Shown: positions 55,311-64,000 of the stretch, piece after piece | Layout: every line of letters begins with the position of its first letter | How positions within the stretch are numbered: the stretch's first letter is position 1 | From: Octopus vulgaris | Taxonomy: Eukaryota | Reading direction: 5' to 3' | DNA: 64,000 nucleotides | Assembly (NCBI GenBank): GCA_951406725.2 | Contig: OX597828.1 | Location: 15,624,001 to 15,688,000 of the forward strand | Position numbers and translations under genes: made by a program | Notes under the pieces: generated by a model | What the model was told of the DNA's origin: nothing | Databases searched by the model: none | Seen by the model: only the letters and a program-made list of their open reading frames with translations

Positions 55311-55866
55311 GCCCTGATGCAGATCCAGGCAGTGGCTCTCATGGCTTCTGATCTTAACTGATTGGAAGTGTTATCATGTACATTGTTTTGTCTTGGTATA
55401 AAAGATGGGCTACAGCAAATATTCTGCTCAATACCACAGATTTGCTTGGTCAGTTGTTTGACCTTAACCAGTTGAGCATGTCCCTTAGTGGCTGACGATA
55501 TGTGCATCTCTGATCACGAGCAGAAGTAGTGGGGGAGCATCATAGCCATGTGTTGAGAGGGATTCTTTGGGGTTTGAATAATTCACCTCTGGAAACATGG
55601 GTGGTTCTTTCAACATCCTTAAACAACCCTTATTCAGGGACCTTTTGAGCGGGATGGGCTACTCAACCTGAAGAAAATTCTAACTGAGTCCCATCTGCAA
55701 CGTCATGTGCTGTTTATCTTGATATGAGATCACCATGTCGCGCACATATGGTTGTGATGCATGTGCCTGGTGTACCCTTATCAGACGGGTAGTCATGATG
55801 GGTATATTGGGCTTCGTATATTTTACCTCAGTGTCACTTTGATGGCATGAACTGCTCTCTCACTCA
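55309..55866. mobile_element. Unclassified ~560-bp non-coding insert within (AAT)n
   Basis: Complex sequence with (AAT)n directly on both sides; no TIR or credible ORF seen. Confidence 0.5.
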
Positions 55867-56034
55867 ATAATAATAATAATAATAATAATAATTAGTAATA
55901 AAGGCGCGAAGCGTTGTTGAAGCTATCAAATTTCATCGTTGTTGATGTTGATTCTTACCCATAACCTCGGGCTGACGAAAGCCTTGTTAGTGGATTTGGT
56001 AGACGGAAACTGAAAGAAGCCCGTCGTATATATG

Positions 56035-56123
<89 letters not shown>

Positions 56124-56313
56124 GAAGGAACCTTGGATCTAGGTTAGAAAGCGGCTCTTCTATTGGAAATAAATTTTGAAATAAAACTAAATAATAATAT
56201 ACATACGTGCATACATACATATATACATACATACATACATACATACATACGTGCATACATACATATATACATACATACATTTACATGTGTGTATATATAT
56301 ATATATATATATA

Positions 56314-56570
56314 TCATGTGATCAACCAGGCTATCAGATGTTGTTACACATCGCTGGTCACAATGCTCTCTTGCATTGTTTTAGCCTTCAAATGACGTCA
56401 CCCTGCTGGTTAGGCGACCAAGCCAACATTCCTCCCCTAATCGAAGGGGGACTGGAGCAATGTGAAACGAAGTGTTTTGTTCAAGAACACAACGCGGCGC
56501 CCAGTCAGGGAATCGAACCCACGATCTAGCAACTGTGAGTACAACAGCTTGATCACTAGGCCACGCGCGC
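56314..56570 (-). mobile_element. SINE with C-type body and tail a
   Basis: GTTGTGTTCTTGAACAAAACACTTCG body joined to tail a. Confidence 0.8.
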
Positions 56571-56853
56571 GCACACGCACGCACATACCGTGATTTAGTT
56601 ACTGAAGCTGAAAAGACTTCACAAATTGTTAGTTTCACATAACCGATCATCTGACAGTCCGTGAGCATTCAGAGCAATGCGGTGGTTTACCAGTATTCAT
56701 AAGTATTCATGATACCAACTGATCGATGAGTTTGCCAAGTTTTTTCAAATTCAGTAAAACACTACTCGACTTTACCTTTAGTATACGAGTGCTGTTATCC
56801 CCACCTTGGTTCGCACCTATATGTTCACACGTGCGTTTGCGTGTATAAATATA

Positions 56854-57402
56854 CGAGGATGAGTCAAACAGTAATGCCATTTTGTTTATGACAGGTATAA
56901 TTACCAACAAAGGAACATGTCTCATACATCGAAATGAAGATGGTCCTCTCTGGATCACATCCCTACTTCTCAACATAGTCACTGTTTCTCTCATTAGCAA
57001 TGTTCCACTTTAGAATGAGAGCATGTATCCCTGCCCCGTAAAATTCTGTTGACTCTTCTTTGAGCCACTTCTTCACTACAGTTTTCACTTCCTCGTCACT
57101 AGAATAATGTTTGCCTCTTAAACCCTCTTTCATGAGGCCGAAGAGATGATAGTCCAGTGACGAGGAAGTGAAAACTGTAGTGAAGAAGTGACTCAAAGAC
57201 CCGTCAACAGAATTTTACGGGACAGGGATACATGCTCTCATTCGATGGTGGAACATTTCTATTGAGAGAAACGGTGACTATGTTGAGGAGAAGGGATGTA
57301 ATCTACAGAGGACCAGCTTCATTTTGATGTATGATACATGTTCCTGTGTTGGTAATTATACCAGTCCTAAACAAAATGGCATTACTTTTTGACTGACACT
57401 CG
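56854..57402. mobile_element. Mariner fold-back element made of two 3' ends
   Basis: 247-bp arms 56854-57100 and 57156-57402; TA on both sides; minus frame DYHLFGLMKEGLRGKHY...DYVEK. Confidence 0.92.
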
Positions 57403-57533
57403 TATGTATCACTTTTTAAAGTGGCCTCTACAGATATTCCATAGAAATTAGAGCCACCACTAATTTGTTGCGACGTTTCGTATACGAATATGTCTATATA
57501 AGCAATGCGATCAAGGATAGAAAAATACTTAAT

Positions 57534-57585
57534 GGATGTATATACATATTTAAGGAGTTTTTGCTCCTTCATCAGTACCACTTCC
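57534..57585 (-). ncRNA. Decayed minimal hammerhead motif
   Basis: GGTA-CTGATGA-AGGAG(CAAAAA)CTCCT-TAAA-TATG-TA; G12 mutated. Confidence 0.5.
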
Positions 57586-57669
57586 AACCCATTAACCATC
57601 CACGAACACATTGCTTAAATAGCCACCAAATATAGCGGTGTAACATGTATGAATGCATATATATGTATA

Positions 57670-57773
57670 TAATTGTTCAGTTTTATTTCAAGAATTCTTG
57701 CCAATAGAGAAAGAGCCGGTGTCTAACCTAGATCCGAGGTTCCTTCATTGGAATTTCAACATCAACATCAGGG
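57670..57773 (-). mobile_element. R4/Dong LINE terminal 3' UTR fragment
   Basis: Homologous to 57916-58020. Confidence 0.8.
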
Positions 57774-57847
57774 TATGTATGTATGTATGTATGTATGTAT
57801 GTATGTATGTATGTATGTATGTATGTATGTATGTATGTATGTATGTA

Positions 57848-57914
<67 letters not shown>

Positions 57915-57915
57915 A

Positions 57916-58047
57916 TCATTGTTTAGTTTTATTTCAAGATTTCTTACCAATAAAAAAAGAGCCGGATTCTAACCTAGATTCAAGACTCCTTCACTGGAAT
58001 TTTATCATCAACAACAAGGTATTTTTGTTTGTGTATATGTATGTATG

Positions 58048-58081
<34 letters not shown>

Positions 58082-58466
58082 TGTATGTATGTATGTATGT
58101 ATGTATGTATGTATGTATGTATGTGCAGATTTGTATGTTTTATGTATGTATTCTCATACAGATACTTGCATATCTAGACATGCTCATATATATTTAAATG
58201 ATAAACTTCGTGAAAGTTTTACAGATTTTTACTGTTCCAGTGATGGATTGGATCTGTAGCCTTCGCATTAGCTTTCTCCTTTCTGGTTTTGAGAAGCCTA
58301 ATTTCTCAAGAATGGTATTTAGGCAGTGTGTTATATATCCCAGGGTCCCAATAATTACAAGTATAAACCTGAACTTGTAATCTGGATAGAGCAACTGCAG
58401 ATTTCTCAATAGTTCAACGTAGACATTCTCTTTTTCACTGATCTTCAGCTTTATGTTAGCATCTGC
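57916..58466 (-). mobile_element. R4/Dong-clade LINE, 5' truncated
   Basis: Open frame 58466-58194: ADANIKLKISEKENVYVELLRNLQLLYPDYKFRFILVIIGTLGY..., end of the restriction-like endonuclease domain; (TACA)n in the 3' UTR. Confidence 0.85.
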
Positions 58467-58550
58467 TGTATGTATGTATGTATGTATGTATGTATGTATG
58501 TATGTATGTATGTATGTATGTATGTATGTATGTATGTATGTATGTATGTA

Positions 58551-58605
<55 letters not shown>

Positions 58606-58644
58606 ATGTATGTATATATGTCAGTCAGTCGTTTGTTAGTGCTA

Positions 58645-59290
58645 TTGGTAACATGTAATTCAGTTCAACCTGCTGCATAGCTGGGTCGTCGACGACGAAA
58701 ATGGCAATCCCACTAAACTTGTTTAGAGAGGAGGGTGACTAAACATTCTGCAGGATGAAAAACAAAACATAACCAAGGACGGATGAACCCATTAAAGTCA
58801 ACGGCACTCCAGTATTGTGTACATAGGCTTAATTTCATTTCTCATAGATAGCGGTAGTTCCTGCAGTAAGCATTCATTAACTAATGATTTTGGTGCGGAA
58901 AACACAGTGGCTGCGTAGAAGATCAACAAGTTTTCAACAATGGGCTGGTAATGCAGGTTCAGTCAGCAGGGAACCATGAAAATGAGAATGTAGGCATGGT
59001 GTACCACATTACTAGGAGTGAGAAACGCCTGATCCTTGTTAGGGCATTACTCTAAGAGAAAGAAAACCTGATGTAAAACCTGCATCTCGAGGGCAGCTAA
59101 TAATGTCGACTAGTTCTTTTGGGGTAATTTGTCTTCGTTGTTCAAAGAGCGGAATTGGTTGTGCGCAAGGCCGTTCCTGACTTTGAAAAGCATCATGCGC
59201 TGGCATCGCTTGACATACCAGAATCTCCGTAAACCGATTCTGAAATCTTCCAAGTGATGGCTATTCTCGAGAACGAGGAAGCGACCATCA
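58645..59290 (+). mobile_element. Probable LINE 5' UTR remnant, RTE-like
   Basis: Homologous to inverted copy at 60770-61062; clade is from recalled motif similarity only. Confidence 0.45.
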
Positions 59291-59300
59291 TGTATGTATG

Positions 59301-59414
59301 TCATTCAGTTTATTTCAAGATTTCTAGCCAATAGAGAAAGAAACGGTTTCCAACCTAGATTCAAGACTCCTTCACTGGAATTTCAACATCAACAACAGGC
59401 TATTTTTGTTTGTG

Positions 59415-59446
<32 letters not shown>

Positions 59447-60116
59447 TGTATGTATGTATGTATGTATGTATGTATGTATGTATGTATGTATGTATGTATG
59501 TATGTATGTATGTATGTATGTATGTATGTATGTATGCATGCATGCATGCATGCCTGCATGTATGTATGTATGTATGTATGTATGTATGTATGTATGTATG
59601 TATGTATGTATGTATGTACGTACGTAGGTATGTGCAGATTTGTATGTTTTATGTATGTATTCTCATGCATATAGTTGCATATCTAGACATGTTCATATAT
59701 ATTTAAATGATAAACTTCAGGAAAGTTTTACAGATTTTTACAATTCCAGTGATAGATTGGATCTGTAGTCTTCGAATTAGCTTTCCCCTTTCTGGTTTTC
59801 AGAAGCCTAATTTATCAAGATTGATATTTAGGCAGTGTGTTACATATCCCAGGGCCTCAGTAATTAGAGATACAAACCTGAACTTGTAATCTGGATAGAG
59901 TAACTACAGATTTCTCAAAAGTTCAGCATAGATGTTCTCTTTTTCACTGATCTTCAGCTCTATGTTAACATCCGTTGGGCAGCTAATTTCCGCAACTGTA
60001 ACAGTTTCTCTACTTTGTCCCAAATCATTATATCAGGTCTGTTGTGCTTAATTTTACTGAAGTCTTCAGTGGGTCATTCTACCAGTATTCCTTTTTATTA
60101 TGAGTGGCTTTGGCTT
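59301..60116 (-). mobile_element. R4/Dong-clade LINE, 5' truncated and pseudogenised
   Basis: Manual translation KHNRPDIMIWD...EISCPTDVN...EKENIY, a PD-(D/E)xK restriction-like domain, with stops and frameshifts. Confidence 0.88.
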
Positions 60117-60197
60117 GTATGTATGTATGTATGTATGTATGTATGTATGTATGTATGTATGTATGTATGTATGTATGTATGTATACATTCGCGATGT

Positions 60198-60546
60198 AAG
60201 GCGCATGGCTCAGTGGTTAGAGCGTCGAGCTTACGATCGTGAGGTTGTGAGCTCGAATCCCGGACCAGACTGCGTGTTGTGTTCTTGAGCAAGACATTTT
60301 ATTTCACGTTGCTCCAGTTCACTCAGCTGTAGAAATGAATTGCGACGTCACGGGTACCAGGCTGTATCGGCTGCTGCCTTTCCCTTGGATAACACTGGTG
60401 GCGTGGAGAGGGGAGGCCGGTATGCATGGGCGACTGCTGGTCTTCCATAAACCACTTTGCCCAGATTTGTGACTAGAAGGCTAACTTTCTAGGTGCAATC
60501 CCATGGTCAGTGTCGTGACCGAAGGGGGTCCCGACAGACCCGACCG
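60198..60546 (+). mobile_element. SINE family C with tail e
   Basis: TSD ATACATTCGCGAT at 60183-60195 and 60547-60559. Confidence 0.92.
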
Positions 60547-60769
60547 ATACATTCGCGATTTAGGGCACTTAAGTTTCGCAGTCTGACTTTAGTCAAAGGT
60601 GAGTAGAAGCAAATGAAGTTTAAAATAGCAGGAGAAGCCATGCCGCCAGTTAAAGACAAATTTGTCAAAAGCTGAAGAAAATGGTACACCATCTCATTGT
60701 CTGAGTTAATTTCATTGAGTGTTTTGCCTGTTTTGGTTATGGTTAGCCATACTATGCAACGCATAATAG

Positions 60770-61062
60770 TGGTTGTTAAAAAATCAAATGATATCTGTGC
60801 ATGACGCTTTTTAAAGTTAGGAAAGCCCTTGTACAGGGCTAATCCTTCTTTCTAAACGACGTATACATTTCCCCCACCAAAATGAACGTGGTTGACCGTT
60901 GACACTTTTGAATCCATCCGCCCTTTCACAGAGTTTGTTTTTCTGTTCTGCAGGGTGTCCAACGAGAATCACCCTTCTTACCAAGCAGGTTTGGTAGGGT
61001 TGCCGGTTTAGTTACCGACGGCTCAACCATGCAGCAGGTTGTTCTGGGTTACATGTTACCAG
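60770..61062 (-). mobile_element. Probable LINE 5' UTR remnant, second copy
   Basis: GGTAACATGTAA...CAACCTGCTGCAT...GTCAACGG shared with 58645-58805. Confidence 0.45.
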
Positions 61063-61745
61063 CATGCATACATACATAATACATACATACATACATACAT
61101 ACATACATACATACATACATACATGCATACATGCATACATACATACATACATGCATACATACATACATACATACATACATACATGCATGCATACATACAT
61201 ACATACATACATACATACATACATCCATCCATCCATCCATCCATCCATCCATATGCCTGAGAATACATACATGAAACAAAGCATACAAATTTGCACATGC
61301 ACTGACTCCAATAAATACATACATATATATACACGCATGCACGCGCACACTCACACACACGCTCTCTCTGTCACATGCACACACACACATACATACACAC
61401 ATAGAGGAGATGCAAGTAGTATACGTCGATTGACATATATTAACAGGAAGGTACAACGAGTGCTTCGGTCGGTTTACCATTAAAACTCCGACTTGTTGTG
61501 CAAATAGGAACGAGACGTTGAAATTGCCTATCCAAGGTGGCTAGAAATGGTGTAAATAGCGGGTGTAAATAGATCAAAGATGGATGACGGACAGGAAAAG
61601 CATTTGGCGTACTCAAGGGATAATTAGTTCATAGTAAAAAGTACAAATGAAGTATACAGTATAAGGTATGAATAAAGCAAAAATATCATCGAGTAGCACC
61701 AAATGATTTGCTTGTCCGTCTTCCATATTTGATCCACTTAACATA

Positions 61746-61957
61746 CAAGGGCGTGTTGAAAAGTTTATGGTTTTGGGCAAAAGACAATACAAGAAGATCA
61801 GTTAATTATGATTTAATCCAACAAACTCTCAGATTCACATACTTATTGCAGTGGTCCTTAAGTTTTTCTAATACTTGCAAAAGAACTCGGAAGGTTGGGC
61901 TTTCAACCAAGCCATTCACGATAACCTTAAAGCCAGGGACTTTTCAGCACCCCGTCG
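61746..61957 (-). mobile_element. Mariner-derived MITE
   Basis: Same family as 32029-32246; TA flanks. Confidence 0.8.
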
Positions 61958-61961
61958 TATG

Positions 61962-62037
<76 letters not shown>

Positions 62038-62204
62038 CTATCCCTAAATAAATATAGGGATGGTATTATTAAAATACCATCACAAGTGGTAAGCGAATTA
62101 TTAGTCGTACAGGCAAATTAATAAAATATATACATACAATATTAAATATGTACTTATATACACAAGTGTACTACATGAGTACCTATATCGCTAATGATAG
62201 AAGT

Positions 62205-62286
<82 letters not shown>

Positions 62287-64000
62287 CATGCATGTATGTA
62301 CATATGTGTTTATATAGACAGAGAAAGTGAAATACAAATACACACACACACACACACACACACACGCAGACACACGCACGCACGCACGCACATACAAGTA
62401 CGCACACACTCCGTTATCATTCACCGTTTTATCTTGTGTGAATGTCATTGACCAGCTTTGTATGCAAGATGTGCTGTGGAAGACTGATACTTAATAAAAT
62501 GTTTATTACAAAATAAGACAAAGAGAATAGCAGAATAGTGGAACAGCGGAATAGCAAATTCGACAAGCGGACGTCGTTAAAATAAGTACTAGACTGGAAA
62601 TTTATTGTGAGGTCGATAAGATCGGCTTGAAACCTTGAAGCCAATGCTCCAGCATTGCCACGGTGTAATGACTGAAACCAGTTGATGAGTAACAGAATTA
62701 ACAGTGTGTGTGTGTGCATGTGTGTATTTGAGTGTGCGTGTGTGTTTTAAAATCATTATGATGACGCCACTCCGATGTAATTGATTCGGTTTTAACACAC
62801 TATCCTTAGATTAAATTCCTTGGCAAACGTGTACAACGTTGAAATTTATCGGAAATATAAGCGTTCTCGATTAAAGATGTACTTTAAGCACAGGATAGAG
62901 ATCTAGAGATCTCTTTAGGTTTTGAAGCTTAAACTTAAGGTCTATCCTGTAGAGATAGCTGTTGCTGTAGACATTTTTCTCCCCGGATCAGTTCTGATAA
63001 AACAAACATTCCAACTATGACCATCCCACTTTATCTTTTTATACATCAGGGTCTACATTGTTCAATGTGTCCCGTTCCTTTTTTTTTTTTCTAGCACGCT
63101 AGATGGCGACTAGAGGGAGATTTGTCTGCTATGTCTACCAGGTCGAAATACCACGTAGAGATTTCCTCGTAGTTTTTTTTGTTACTTAGCTAAAACTCCA
63201 CGTCAGCTCTGATTCAATAAGACAGACCACTTGGTCAAAGACGCTCCAGCCACGACCAGCGCGTTTTTGCTTATGTGGGGGAAACTACAATTTCAAAATC
63301 TGTTTCTCACCTTTCCTCTCTCTCTTTACTTTTTCGAGACAGTAAGGTATAATTTGAGGGATATTTGGCTGCTACATAAGACAGGTCGAACGCCAATGTA
63401 TATATATATAGAGAGAGTCTCCTTCGTAATGATAAAAACGCGTAGGAAGGAAAGAGTCAAATTGTAGTTGTTGAGGGAAAATATTTTAGCTTATGGTGTG
63501 GTTGAGATATGTGAGAGAGAAAGCAACACATTATGCGTCTTGTATTCCACTTTCTCATATCGTGTCAGAACGATAATGTGTTTGTTATTATAGTAATACG
63601 AATTCCAAACATATTAAGGATATTGGATGGTCATAAAACACTTAATATCGTCTTCCCAGTAGCGAGAACACACGTAGATTTACTTTACAACGTATTATAC
63701 AAGCTTCTGTGATAATACATTAACGTTTGCATATTAACTCGCGCAGTCTTGCCACTCGCACACACAGACAGGAACACACAGACAGTACATACACTCACTC
63801 ACTCACTCACTCACTCACTCGCTCATTCACTCACTCACACACTCTCTTTTTCTCTCTTTCTTCCCTTCCCATTATTGTTTGTTTCCAATTTCTCTTCTCC
63901 CTCTACCTCACATGCATACTCAAACCCAATTTCTCTCTCTCTCTCTCTCTACTTATCTGTGAATGTGCGCGCGTGTGTGTATGTGTGTGCATCTGAGAGT

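Noticed and set aside
57462-57510. Second minus-strand hammerhead (TTGC...GAAACGTC-GCAA)
   Set aside because: Stems look plausible but the CUGANGA box is unrecognisable

Overview
Repeat-saturated eukaryotic DNA, most likely intronic or intergenic sequence from an octopus (coleoid cephalopod). The taxon is inferred from the repeat families and microsatellite density; I ran no search. No intact host gene is supported, and almost all tracked ORFs are microsatellite translations. Contents: four tRNA-headed SINE families (my labels A-D), 3' remnants of CR1, RTE and R4/Dong LINEs, a Helitron, a Helentron-like element, hAT and mariner MITEs, and many microsatellites. Most notable: (1) about eight minimal type I hammerhead ribozyme motifs, intact to decayed, in Penelope-like remnants mostly beside microsatellites, one sequestered by its own antisense arm; (2) two SINE bodies sharing interchangeable 3' tails; (3) a Meta-domain SINE expanded to 10 x 185 bp with a 741-bp higher-order repeat, plus headless 175-bp monomers with their own target-site duplications (TSDs); (4) an R4/Dong LINE apparently targeted to (TACA)n that carries that repeat in its own 3' UTR; (5) a CR1 3' end matching the family A tail. 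Coordinates were read by eye and may be off by a few bases.
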